A stretch of DNA of 64,000 nucleotides from the human T2T-CHM13v2.0 reference genome, Homo sapiens: the NCBI RefSeq assembly GCF_009914755.1, contig NC_060944.1; one strand, given 5' to 3'. Below, in pieces: positions 1 through 12,953 of the stretch (position 1 is its first letter; each line of letters begins with the position of its first letter). Below the pieces are notes generated by a model. It was not told the origin of the DNA and searched no databases. It saw only the letters and a program-made list of their open reading frames with translations. The translations under genes and the position numbers were made by a program.

Positions 1-1929
1 TTAATAAGCACTCTACGTATGATAACTGGGGTGTGTTGTTTGTTTTGCAGTAATAGTAATAATATATATGTAATAGTAATAATAATAGTGTTCCGCATGC
101 TGTGTCTACCTTGAATGCCTTGTGAGTGGCAGTGCTGGGAGCACCCTTATGCAAAATGATGGACTAGGTTTCCATCATTGCTCCAATCCCCTCAGAGCAT
201 TTAAGGGTAAGGCTACCTCTGCACCAATGCAGCAATAAGAAAGAGGGGATGCTATTGGTGCTAGTTGATCTGTCCCTATGGGGAAAATATCCTGTAACTT
301 GTGTCGGCGTCCTACCAAGGAACATAGTTCACAGGAATGTCAGGGAACCTGGCAAGCCCGCACAGAGCTGCCCACGTGGCTGCAGGAGTGAGGGTGTTGA
401 GGATAGTGGGCAGCCCTGGCCCCTGATCAACTGAGGAATTCATGATCACTCTTACAGCCCAATTATTCATGCTCACAGGTCCTTTGGGCAAAGCAGAGCC
501 AGCATCCCCAAATCAAATGGGTGACCCTGAGAATGTGACATTGAACAAGCTGTTGCTGAGGGCCTATTGTGGAATGGAAGGTGAAATGTGGTCCCTGTAG
601 CTGGGGATTATGATTGGTGGGATTACGGCTGCTGGCTAAACATCTCGCAGTTGTACCGACTGCAATGAGAGCAGATGTACAGGCACACAGAGAGCAATAA
701 ATGGCTTGCCTGGGAAGCCCCGAGCATCCCCATCAGCGTTGCCTAGCTGGGGCCTGTCCACTTGTCCAGGTGCCAGAACTCTCCTGGCAGAGAGCCACTG
801 CCCCTGCTCAGGGCCTCTTCGACACTCCTCCCCTGGGTTTGCCCTCCAAACTGATGCCAAGCCCCAATACAACAGTCACCCACATGGCACTCTCACCTCC
901 CTCCTGAGGCAGGGAGAAGAGGAACACTTAAGACCCATTTAAACCCAAGGCTAAGACCACATGTTATTGAACATCTTAAAATGTACCATATCTCATGTTA
1001 AATATAATTTTTGAGGTCTTTATTATGGCCTTAACCCACAAACAAAGCTATAAAGACAAAACACCACTGATGGAACTGTAGCCACAAGTGCTGGGCTCTA
1101 TCTTCTGAACCATCTTATGACCCTAGGAGGGAAGGATGGCCCACCCCACATTACAGATGAATAACCTGAGGTCCAGAAATGTGCAGGAATTAGTACAGAG
1201 TAGCAAGGCCAGCAGGTGACAAAGTGCGGTTTTGAACTTGTGTCTGCCTGACCCCACATGTAGTGTGCAAAGTAAAAACTCTCTGTAAGCTATCAGTTGC
1301 ACTCTCTATGTTGAAAATCTCACTACCTGGGAGGAAGGCATCACTAGCTCTGTCCTAGAGGAAACCAAAGCTCTTTGAGACAAAATAATTGGCCTAAAGC
1401 CACAGAGTGAGAGGCACAGCCAAGATATGAGGTCTGCCAGAGTAGAAAACCTGTGTTTTCTCAGCACCTTGACGCCACCGGAGACTGAGACCAGGGAAAG
1501 AACATAAATATGAGGCATGTCGCCTTCATCAGAAGTCTGGGGAGACTTGAAGACAATAGTGAGAGAAAGCCAAAATACTACAAGGCAAAAATGACTTGGG
1601 TCTCAGGAGCCTAGGACCTGCGGGAGAGAGTGGTACAGTGATGTAAACACATTTAGTGCAAAGCTGACCGCTGGCCTTTTGATCCCTGGTCTCCATTCTC
1701 CCTGGAGCTCACCTCTGGAGGTGTGCATATACACACATTTCTGCTCCTCTTAAAGGACTAAACAGGAGCATCTTTTTAAAGAAGACAAGGATATCGTGAT
1801 CTTGCCACACAGCAAAGAGACTCTTTGAGACCGGGAAAGTTGGGATACAGGAAAAGCCACTTGTTCCCTCTTGAGCATGTGTGACTGTCACGGCGGGCCC
1901 CGGGTACAGTGCTGCTGACTAGAGCGTGG

Positions 1930-2110
1930 CTTGAAGCGAGACTCTGGCACTCACTATCTGGGTGACCTTGGGCAAGGGCACTTCATTGCTGAGCCTCCAT
2001 CTCCTCATCTATAAAGTGGAAATTATTACACTAGTCTCAAAAGGTTGTTAATGAGCATAAAATGAACTGTAAAGAGAGAGAAAATTGCCTTTGGCTAACA
2101 GTAGGTACTC
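1930..2110. mobile_element. MIR SINE fragment
   Basis: MIR core 'gtgaccttgggcaag...tgagcctccatctcctcatctataaagtgg'. Confidence 0.7.
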
Positions 2111-2830
2111 CTTTTAGAGAGAATTGCCTTTCTTGGAGAAATGCCTTTGGAAGCTTGTGTGGGGTAGAAGCTGCATTCTTGGGGCCTCAGTATCACTTAT
2201 GCTGAGACTCCAGTGGAAGAGAAAAAATAAACCCACTGGGGGCTTGGATAGCATAAGAGAGGTGTGAGGGTGAACAAATGGCAGAATATTGGGTGAAGCC
2301 CAATATGATCACTCCCCAGGTGATTTTTAGATCTCCAGCAAGGCCCTCAAAATACAACAAAGACCTTTGCTGTGCCTGGATCTCCTGTGGGTTCTAGAAA
2401 GGGTTGAGGTCGGCATGCCTTGGGCCTAATAAGATACCACGTGGGAACACAGGGACCAGAGGCAAAGGAACCTTGGAAAATGTGCTCATGTGTGTTACTG
2501 AAATCTTGGGAGATGATTTTGGGGAGATGATTTTTCTACTGGCTATGAAAATTCAGAGATTCAAGGAAATCTCAGTTTGTATTCCAAAGGCAAGAAGGAC
2601 TCTGGTGAACCTAGAGATTCGGTACCTGCAGGTGAAAGCATTTTGTAAATCTGAGAACTCGCATTCAGGAAAGGGAAAGACAATGGCTATTAAGTAGCAA
2701 CTCTGGGCTAGGAGCTACCCTTAGCACTTGTGTCCTAAAAACAACTCGACGGTATAGGAAGTTGAGACTCAGTGAAGAGATGTAACTTACCCAGGGCCAC
2801 ATGGCCGAGCCCCCATTCTCTGGGCTCCCA

Positions 2831-3058
2831 TGAATGGGTCAGTTACACATGTATGCACACAAGCCTGTCCCGAACATGTGCAAAATCACAGATGGGTCTG
2901 GGATAAGAATACACATTTTAGTCTGTAGCCCCTTCCCCCTTCTCCTTCCACCAAACTGCATCTCTTCCTGCAGGGGGCCTCACATATAAGTGTGCAGCGA
3001 CCTCAGTCCTCAGGTGCAAGCTCTGTCCACTTCCCCCAGACATCCACTCTTTGGCCAT
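2831..3058 (-). repeat. Inverted copy (~80% identity) of 4043-4268
   Basis: Reverse complement of 4043-4268 aligns along ~228 bp, e.g. shared 'acctcagtcctcaggtgcaag' and 'cacaagcctgtccc'. Confidence 0.9.
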
Positions 3059-3807
3059 GGCACTTTGCACTGTTGTCCAACACACACTTAGCATTTGTCA
3101 CACTGCCCAGGAATTGCTTGTTCATGTGTTTGTCCCCCCTCTCAGGCTGCAACAGACCATGTTCTGTTTGCCAGTAACCTCACAACGTGGCACAGGGTCT
3201 GTCAAGGGGCAGTTCCTGTGAGATGAACAGATGGTGACCTGTTCTTGGGAACTGAGCTCAGACTCTCTGACTCCACAGTCCTTGTTCTGTCCCCTTCAGC
3301 ATGTCAGCCAGGTCTTTAAGGGTAATATATATATATATATTTTTTTTGCATTCAAGCAAGAGAATATCCTGAAATCCTATTCAATGGAAACTAGGTTTTA
3401 GAGTGTGATGGAAGCATTCATGCTTTCAGTCCGACCCCTCTAAACCTCATCTGCCAAACCCAGCTTCTGCTGGGTAATTGCCTGCAGCATGGAGAATCTG
3501 GGGTTTACATTCGGGTTGGTGCAAACAAGTTGGAAATTGCTAAGAAAGCCTTGTGTGTGCAGTGGAGATTGGTTTGTTGAATTTACATCCCCCGTGTAAA
3601 TACAGCCAAGCCTAGAGCCTATGGTTTCTGCCTCCAGATAAAGCCCTGTCCGTATGACCTTCTTGAGTAATAGCCCACAGGCCAAGAAGATGACAAACAG
3701 TGGGAAGAGTGTGGCTTGTCTGGGAAGCTGGAAAACCATCCTCTGATAGAAAATCAAAGTGGCTCTACCTCTGGATGCACCTTCTGTATGCTCTTAGGCT
3801 AGACAAC

Positions 3808-4268
3808 AGTGGCCTTGTCCTATGCCCTGTACTTTAGAGAGCCACTTTGGCCCACTTCAGACTGTCCCTCTTCTCGGAGCAAGGGATCGGGGGCCAATGG
3901 GCTGGCCAAAGGATCTGGTTCTGTCCTCTCCCTTCTGGTCCAGGCTCCACATTTATGACCCCCTAGAATTCCCTGCCACGAGGCCCTACACTCAGTTTCT
4001 TCCTTTGTTCTGTCCTTCCTGTGAGTGGCCGTTGGCCTAAGGATGGCCAAAGGATGGCTGTCTGGGGGCAGTGGACAGAACTTGCACCTGAGGACTGAGG
4101 TTGCTGTGCACACACATATGTGGGGCCCTTGTGGGGAGAGATGTTGTTGGGTGAAAGGAGAAGGGGGAAGGGGCCACGGGCTGACATTTTTATTCCTATC
4201 TCAGATTCTGTGATTATGCACATGTTAGGGACAGGCTTGTGTTCATGCATGTGTGACTGACCCACTCA
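3808..4268. mobile_element. Probable ancient hAT-Tip100 DNA transposon remnant (MER115-like)
   Basis: Starts 'cagtggcc...gccctgtactttagag', GC-richer island; family assignment from memory only. Confidence 0.35.
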
Positions 4269-5588
4269 GGTTTTCAGAACCTTCTCCATTCTTACTGTGG
4301 CCTCAGGAAGGCACGGTGGTCCTCCTCACCTCTGAACCCTGCTCCTCTTTCTACATCAGCTCTTATTAAAGCACCATGTCCATCCTGAAGTACCATTTTC
4401 ATCCTAATACCCGAGCCCACCCTGCAACAGGTACCTTCCTGCCCCCAAATGCCCCTGAGTCATTTTCCACTTCTCACTTATCAAATCCTGTATTCTTAAA
4501 GCAAAGCAAGGGATTATAAATGCCTTCACACCTCCAAGCCTCTGCCCAGCTATTTCCTCTGCTTGGGATGCCACCAACAAATCCTCATTCAATATTTTCA
4601 AGGCCCAGCTCCAATGCCACCCTTTACTTGTGACTTTCTCTAACAGTCTCCCTTGCCCATAATTAATGCCTCGATGACATTTTTTTTCCTTAACCTGCTA
4701 TCATATGTCTCCCATAGCTCTTATCAGACTTCAGGGTTATTGTTCATATGTTTGGTTCATGTTCACCTCCACTGCCAACCTGTGAGCCCCTAGATCTCCT
4801 CATTTTATAACTATAACATACAGCTGCTGAATAAATGAATGAATAAGTACATAAATGAATAAATCTAGAAAGTAGTGATAGCTGAAGACCAAGCCACCCG
4901 AATTTAGGTGCTAATAGAGGGCAGGGGAAAAGCAATAAGTAGAGGGTTGAATCAGGATCTCCTTACACTCCAATTGTTAAGGGTAATCATGTGGTTAAGT
5001 CAGAATTGGCTCCCTTTTTTGTTCTGTATGGACTCAGCCTCCATCCCTGCTGTCAAAGGCAATAGCTGTAGAATCTTCTAATGACCTTAATCAAGGCAGA
5101 ACATCTTATTAAAAAAGAAGCAGCAAAACAGATTTTCAATTCATGAATTTGCTACGTATTCATGTTTGCATGTGGAGTTGCCTGTAGCATATGTACTGTT
5201 CAAAGTTGAACCTAAATTAAGATAATTTGGGGATGGGGCTGAAAATGTGGAGGTGGATAGCTTGTATGCAAAATTAATTTTTTATCCATTTGGAGATGCA
5301 ATTTGAGTTCTTTTCAAATTAAATTGCAATGGAGTCCTAGGCAGCTGGAAACATTATTGCCAACATAATTTGATACTGCAAGAGCAGAAATATGTTGACA
5401 GATAGTTCGATGTGACCATTAATTTGCACTTTCTGCATGGAAATGATACACGAAGGGAATAAAAAGGTAAGGGGAACAAAAATAAAATCCATCTTCTTTC
5501 CAGCATCATCGAAACCCACTCTCTTGCTTATTTTCCACCACCTCTTCTAATTTATTGCAGATGTTTGGTGGACAAGAATTTGTTGAAT

Positions 5589-5808
5589 ACTAGTTCACTA
5601 TTCCTAAACCAAAAATCTGAAATCTGAAATATTCCAAAATCTGAAACTTTCTGAGTGCCAGCATGATGCTCAAAGGAAATGCACATGGGAATATTTCAAA
5701 TTTCAGATTTTCAATAACAGGGATGTTCGACTGGTAAGTATAACACAAATCTTCCAAAATCTGAAACATTTCTGGTTCAATCATTTCAGATAAGGGATAT
5801 TCAGCCTG
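5589..5808 (-). mobile_element. Tigger4a/MER46-type TcMar MITE
   Basis: Repeated 'aaaatctgaaa' units, 'atgatgctcaaaggaaatgc' core, terminal 'gataagggatattcagcctg' followed by TA. Confidence 0.8.
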
Positions 5809-6549
5809 TATTATCATAGATATCTTATAAATATAAGCAAGCATAGGAATCCAGGAGCTCCATTTGGAGATGCTGGTAATTCCACAATATAGAAGCACTA
5901 GATCCTACCCGTGCTGATGATTAGAATCACCTGAAGCTGGAGCATGTCACCTTGTGAGAAGGCAACACGGTTGCTACCCTCCCATAGCAATGCCACAGAG
6001 AAGGTAATCCACTCACGTGTTCATTGTCTCATTTCTTAATTGAAAACTACTCACTGAGCATGGAGGCATCATGACATGGGGAAAAGAACATTGGTTCTGT
6101 GATCACCTGAACCTAAGCACATCACTTACCCTACCTGTGTCTGTGCCTTATTTTTCTCATGTAGGAAACGTAGATGATACTCCTTCACTCTTAGGGCTAT
6201 GAGGTGAATTAAGAAGATAATATATTCCAGAGCCTTGGATGGTACTAAATACAGTTGCACTCCCTCAAACCCAGAGTGGGAGGTGAGACAGAACAGCCAC
6301 TGAGACAAACAGGGGTTGTGGAGGTTTCTGTGGATCTCTGACCTGGTTCTGAGTCTAGTTGACTACTGGCCTCATTCTTTTAACCAACTATAGTTTAGTG
6401 TTAGAAAGCTTCCATTAATGCCCTTGCAGTTATTGCTGTATCTACTCCTTCCATTCTACATACATATCCTGAACCTCTGAGATGGGCCAGGCATTAGGGA
6501 TGTAGGTGAATGGGACACTTGCTTGCCTTTGTGAAACTGATGCTAGGGG

Positions 6550-7560
6550 GATGCAATAATTTTGAAGGATGATATGATGAAGCTTGATAAGTCTTTTGCA
6601 GGGGAAGTACTGGGCTTCTGGACAATAGATACAGTACAGCATTGAAACCCAGCTAAGCCAATTTGATGATGACGCATGCACAACCCTGACATTCGTTATC
6701 ATAGAAACCAAAGCCATCAAAGAAATTTAAGGTGAACGAGGATTAACGATTCCCCAACAACTGCATTATTAGATGATAATAAAAGCAAGCCTTAGGCCAA
6801 ATTCTACTACACAGATGGACACAGTATACAAGCATTTATTAGCAAATGGGCACAAAACAGCTCAAACAATCTATTTCATAAAGTCCCAGCAATAGATGAA
6901 TCAGTTACCATTTTTCATGAAAGGTTCATTCGAGGCAAGTACAACAATACTCTAAGGCAGAAGTAGGTGAGCTTTTTTTTTTTTTTAAGGGCCAGATAGT
7001 AAATATTTAAGGTTTTGCACCTTTGCAGGTTAGACAGTCTCTGTTGCATCTTTCCATCTCTGCTATTATAGTGCAAATGTAGCCATAGACAACATGTACG
7101 CAAAATAGGTGTGGCTGAGTTTCAATAAATGTTTATTTACAAAAAGCTAGAACCTTAGGCTATAGCATGCTTACTCTTGTTATGGAGGTAAAATAAATGA
7201 CTATGATTGTCACTTTAGGCAGCCGGCAATCCTCCTAATCTCATGGCTAACACAGTACTGTTTAGGAATCAAGGTTTTGACACCATCCCTAAGGTCGAAG
7301 ACTAGAGGTCTTACAGGATTATTCTTTATAATGTCCTTCTGGAGAGTATTTTAAAACCATTTTGGCCAACCCACATAGTTTAAATACCTTTCATTTCACC
7401 AATTAGAATTTACTTCTAACATTTATTATGCTAGTCCACAGGCCCTTGATTTCAACCACAGTAATCAATTGCTAATATTTAGTTTGCTAATTAGCAACAT
7501 GGAGGTTGTTGATCAAGATATGGTATCAGAATAGTTGGGAAAATAGGCGTGTACTCATCA
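6550..7560 (+). mobile_element. Decayed piggyBac-like transposase fossil (interrupted by MER58A)
   Basis: Manual translation: LHY/DDN (6761-6780), AIDESVTIFHERFIRGKY (6889-6942), YGGKI (7181-7195), SNIYYASP (7415-7438), YGIRIVGKI (7519-7545), in the order expected for piggyBac/PGBD motifs. Confidence 0.55.
6958..7179 (+). mobile_element. MER58A hAT-Charlie MITE
   Basis: 'aagggccagatagtaaatattt...gccatagacaacatg...gtggctgagtttcaataaa...tatttacaaaaa'. Confidence 0.8.
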
Positions 7561-7563
7561 CAT

Positions 7564-7709
7564 CTGGTTAGTTTTTTTTAATTTTTTTTTTAGAGGCAAG
7601 TATCTCACTATTTGCCCAAGCGGGTCTCGAAATCCTGGCCTCAAGTGATCCTCCTGCCTCAGCCTGGGAGACAGAGCAAGAGCAAGACCGTGTCTCTAAA
7701 AGAAAAAAA
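7564..7709. mobile_element. Chimeric Alu: minus-strand linker and left arm fused to plus-strand 3' end with A-tail
   Basis: '...tcaagtgatcctcctgcctcagcct' (antisense) joins 'cagcctgggagacagagcaag...gtctctaaaagaaaaaaa' (sense) at shared cagcct 7660-7665. Confidence 0.8.
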
Positions 7710-7713
7710 CCAT

Positions 7714-7720
7714 ACACACA

Positions 7721-7751
<31 letters not shown>

Positions 7752-7770
7752 GCGCGCATGTATATATATG
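7714..7770. repeat. (CA)n-(CG)n-(TA)n alternating purine/pyrimidine microsatellite
   Basis: Direct reading. Confidence 0.95.
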
Positions 7771-8424
7771 GTTATCATATGTTATTTTGATATATGATAT
7801 CAAAAGCATGTGGTGTACTTAGAGTTTTCTCTGAGGTATGGGTTCTTGACTGCAACACTAGTGTACTTATGGTGTGTTCTTGATTGTAAGGCTCTTAATA
7901 CCGGTACTAGCTCTCAATAGCTTGACCAATACAACTCACCCATCACACCCCACTGTGTAAGCTTAAATATTTGAGATAAATTACCAACAATGTAATATTT
8001 AGTCTAGAGGCCAAGAATTCTTTCCTGAAAAAGGGACCTTGGGCAAAGGATGGATAGGATTAAACCAGGTAAAGGGGAAGAGTGTGTATAGAAGGGGACG
8101 AGAGAGGGAGAAAAGGGAGCGGGAAGATTAAGCCAGAGATAAAGGAGGCAGCACATTTAAAATCTAAGAGACAAGAGCAAGGAGGCTAATGGCCACAGAG
8201 ATTGCCATGCTTGAGTGGACCGTCCACAAGAGCAGGAATCCCTGCCTTTCACCACACATGCACACCCCATAGTGATGTGCTAGGCCAGTCTGGGTGTTAC
8301 ACATTGGTCCTCCTACCATCCCTAAGAAGAAAATGAGGATAACAACTAGGGCAGTTGTAACAGTATGGTAAGAGTATTCTTTGCCAAAAGTAAAGCACTG
8401 GACAGAGTCATTTGTTTTGTATTT

Positions 8425-9070
8425 TGAGTTTCTACCATGTGCTGAGAACTATACTGGATGTAGGAGTGAACCAAACAGGCAAAAACCCTCTGTGCCCTTA
8501 TGGTGTATATATTCTAGTGGGGGTAGGAGATTAAATAATATATCAGATAAATCAGAAAAGTATGTAACACATCAGATAGTAGTAAGTGCTGTGGAGAAAA
8601 ATCAAGGAGGGAAGAGAGACTGGAGGGTTGGGAAAGGCTTATGTCTACAATTTTACTTCTTTGATTTGAGGCCTTGGCATCAGCTCCTTGATCTTTCCTG
8701 ATCTTTCTTCTTCATTTACCCTGAAGTTTTTACTTTTTTTCCCACGGCTTAGCTCGAAATATTTTTTGAGCATCTATAGGGTGGCAAGCTAGTTTTGGGG
8801 GACATAGTGTTAACAAAAATAGACATAATTCCTGCCTCCTTTGCACTAAATCTGGTGAGAAAAACAGACTAAAACAACCATCATGGCAGCCAAACACATG
8901 AGCTAACCAAATTGCATGTGTTTTGAAGGAAATATAGATGTTATAATATGATGATAATGCAAATAAAAAGTGTTCTGAAGGAAACACAAGGGATCGATTG
9001 GATAAAAATGGCAAGCTATGTACAGTAGTCAGAGAAGACAACTGAAGAGGTGACATTTGGACTGAAAGGT
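8425..9070 (-). mobile_element. L2 LINE 3' fragments (two pieces)
   Basis: 'ctaccatgtgctgag...attctagtggggg', 'taagtgctgtggagaaaaa', 'aggtgacatttggactga'. Confidence 0.55.
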
Positions 9071-9121
9071 GTCACTCTTCCCTCTCTATTCCCACTTCTC
9101 TCCCAGTTTTCACTCATTCTT

Positions 9122-9410
<289 letters not shown>

Positions 9411-9825
9411 TCCACTCGTTCTTTAGGCCTTCCTTTAAACATTAGTTCTTCCGAGAAAGCTGTCACTCAAAAGCTTCTCTCGCCCAGTTGGGTATGTGTC
9501 CCACCCCATCCCACTCAGATGAATGTAAAATTGGGTCCAATCAGGGCTAGTCCAACAGCCCTATCCCATAGGTCCTCCAGTCAGTTTGGGGTACAGAGGG
9601 GGAACCCAGAGTCAAATATAATCCAGATTCACAAAGCAGCCTATTGACTGAGGTCATGGCCCTCGGGCCCACAGTAAGCACAAAAACTGCAGCCCAAGGG
9701 CCTTCAGCCAGTTATTCAGCCATTGTCTTTGGCTCCAAACATGCCCTCTGTATCTTGCTTTACGGTGCTAAGGCTAGGATGGCACAAATCACATGTGCTC
9801 TACTGTCTGGCTGCATGCTAGTATC

Positions 9826-9844
9826 TGCCCATAGGGGGCGATAG
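9826..9844 (+). promoter_or_regulatory. CTCF-like motif (forward)
   Basis: ctgcccatagggggcgata resembles the CTCF core CCASYAGGGGGCGCTA, CpG retained; motif match only. Confidence 0.45.
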
Positions 9845-10119
9845 AGGGAGCCTGCGGGGCAGGAGGACGGGGAGACTTCAGCATCAGGTATCCAAGTAGC
9901 CAGTTCATTCTGTCACAGCATTTGGATCTAGCTTGCAGTTTCCCCAACACTTACAGAGCCAGCCTCATTGCAGCACCTCAGAGACACCAGCACCAGCCTC
10001 TTTTCGTTCTTTTCAACCCTGGCAGTAGCTGCTCCCCACAGTTGCCACCTTTGTCTAGTGTTTTCATGTTCTCTTTTAATGTTTTCCATTTTCTAGGCAA
10101 TTCTTTATATACAGTTAAC

Positions 10120-10658
10120 CAGAGGTTCACAGTGCCCTTGGTGTTTTGGTAATTTTTTTTTCCCACAGATCCTAAGCCAAAAAACATACCCAACAGTTTC
10201 ATGTATTAGTTGTTGCAAACAACTTAATAAGTATTTGCGTCCTAACAAATAAGAAGTGGTTTGAGAAAACAGTACACACAAATCAAAATAAAGCTATTTT
10301 TTTCTTTCTTAACTACAATTACTCCCTAAAAGGATGCATGTATCTGTTGAGCATTACACAATTTCTCAAACTGAAGATTCAGATTAGACAGACACTGCCA
10401 CTTTCGTTGCCTGTTCCATGTTGATTTTGGCACAAAACTTGCATTTCATCATGGCAATTGCCAGAAGCCCAATTCTGCCAAGATATGACATCAGAAGGAA
10501 TGTAGCCCAATCTCATGTTGAAACTCTGGGCCCCTTCAAGTAGTCATTTGTAGCGTGTCTGACAGATGATGCTGTGTTTTCCACAATACTGGTACTACCG
10601 GTGCTCTTGTGAGTTAAGAGTGGTGTCTTACACTGTCTCAACACAGTTTGAAAACCAG
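10120..10658 (-). mobile_element. hAT-Charlie DNA transposon (Charlie4a-like)
   Basis: 'aacaacttaataagtattt...gtcctaacaa', 'cctgttccatgttgatttt', 'agatatgacatcagaaggaatgtagc'; terminal 'cacagtttgaaaaccag'. Confidence 0.6.
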
Positions 10659-12519
10659 GATAGTTAACAATTCTGTATAGGCAATTCTGTCTGTTATAAG
10701 TGTCATGATTTATCTCCAAAATAGACCTTGACTGATGCAGGACCCCACTGCCTAAACTTCCTTAATATTCCACGTTCCCATCTTTGTCTCCCAGTATTCC
10801 ACTCAGCCTAGGCACCTCATGCCCAGAAATCTGATGTCCTCCTAGCTGCCACATTCTGCTTCCCAGCTCCATCTCAGACCTTGATCTTCCCTCTCTGCCC
10901 CATCCAGATGCAGTCCCCTGGACTGTGGCTGAGCCAGGGAGCAGGGTGGTCAGCTGTGTGCCTCCTGCCACATCAACTGCTCAAGTGCTCAAATGCTGGG
11001 AAGAATTAAAGGAACAGAGGCAAAAGACTGCAGCCTGAAGACAGAGACTTTGGAATGTTTAAAAATTACTTTTGCGCTAGAGGAAATCGGGTTGGGAAAA
11101 GAGAAGCAATTTTGAAATTACGTGGTTTCAGTTTCCAGAGAAAGGAAAAAAGATTTGGGGTGAAGAAAAGGAGAAGTCAAACCCATAACATCTGGGTTAG
11201 TTTCACTTCAATTCCCACTTGATTCATGGCAAGTCGCTTTATTCATTTAAAGAAATTAAAGGAAAAGAAGAAAAGCTGGAGAAAGAATAAAACCTGAAAC
11301 ATTTCTGATGGTCAAAAGCCACCTAGCACTGGGCCCTGGTGAGGTATTAAACATTCTAACACTTTACTTGTCCTGGCTGTGAACAATAGGGCACTGGAAT
11401 TAGAAAAGTCTCAGCGTAGCTAATTTGCCATTACTGCCTAAGAAGCCATGTGTAAATCAAATTGTTTCTAGACTATGTAAAAACAAACAAAAGTAATATC
11501 TCCTAATTGGACTCTGATCGCCTCCCTTCTAGAAGTACTACCTTTTTTTTTCAGCTGGAGAATTTGGCTTTTCATATTCAGATCCAGGGTTTTTCAAAGC
11601 TGAGGCTGCTCATAGCTGACAACTCCCCCATCCCAGGACATTCTTGATCTTCCAAGGAATCACATTAATCTACAGACACTACTCAGGACTGCTGGACCTT
11701 GAAGAGCCCTGCTGTGTCAGCAGCCCCAGAAATGCCTACCAAGCTTTTTTATGATGTCCAAAGCTTTATTCTTTGAAATGTACAAGAGTGTCATTAAACT
11801 GAAGGAACACTTTCAAATGAAAACCACTGTCAGTTGAGGGAGGCTTATTTTCTGTCGAATCTCATTTGGGACTTACCTAGGCAATGAAAAAGGCAATTGA
11901 CAAAACAAAGCTGTCCATCTCAGTTAACTTGTGGCAAACAAGAATGGAACCCCAGTAGAACACGGATCACAGTACAACAGTAGCTAGAAGACACATTATC
12001 TGACTGCTTGCCTCACTCACTTGCGAAGTACCTGCTGGCCTTGTTGAGCACCTCTCAGAAAAGATGAGGGGTTAAAATGCACATGGTCTGTTTCCTGACT
12101 GACCCCTCTAATAGGGGCTGACACTTGGCCATGACATTGTGAGACACAATCCTAGCACAGGCTTTTACATAAGCCACCAAATGATACTTCTTCATATCAG
12201 AATCTCAAAAATGATAGCTACTTTTCCTCCTTGACTTTCATTTTTGACTTAGCCTTCTAAGGATGGCCTCTACAAAATATAGAGCTCTCCTTAAATGTCA
12301 TCAGTCTCGATGCCTTTTCCACTTTCCATCTTCCTCCATCTGCAAATAGTCTTGCTCAGATACTTGATGTTTTCACATTTTCTATCTCTTGCACATTAAA
12401 ACTTATTTATGAACTGTGTGACATTGAAAAAATAATTTTACCCTTCCTGGCCCCAGATTTATATTTATACATACCTCCTACATTTCTTGTAGGGTTTAAA
12501 TAAAATTATATGCATGCAT

Positions 12520-12953
12520 TGTTAGTGGGATGTTGTCACCATAGTGCTGTATAACAAATCACCCCCAAAGCCACGGGTTTACAGCAACAGACATTTATTC
12601 TCAAGCTCATACATCTGCTTGTATAATCTCCTGGTGTGGATCAGCCAGGCATGGCTCCAGGCTATGAGTTGTGCCCAGGTCTGCCTGATGTATGCTTATT
12701 CTACAAACCAGGTTGAAGGAGCGGTAGCCCCTCAGAGTAAGTTCTTTCCATGATGAATGCACCAGAGCCGAGCCAAGCCAACCCATGTAGGAGCTCTTAA
12801 GGCCTCCCTCATGTCAAGCTTGCTAATACCATATTGAGAGAGCAAGTCACACAGGCAAGCTCAACATCAATGAAGCCACTCGTCCCACAGTTGGAAAGGG
12901 TGGGAGTAGCAGAGGTGAGTGAATATTTACTGAAAGATAACTCAAACTATCAG
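12520..12953 (-). mobile_element. MLT1 (MaLR) solo LTR, old subfamily
   Basis: 'gctgtataacaaatcacccccaaa...acatttatt...gcaagtcac...gagtgaatattt'. Confidence 0.7.

Noticed and set aside
6380-6430. TTAA-CCC-like left end for the piggyBac fossil
   Set aside because: 'ttaatgccctt' and 'ttaaccaact' are imperfect and no matching right TIR was found.
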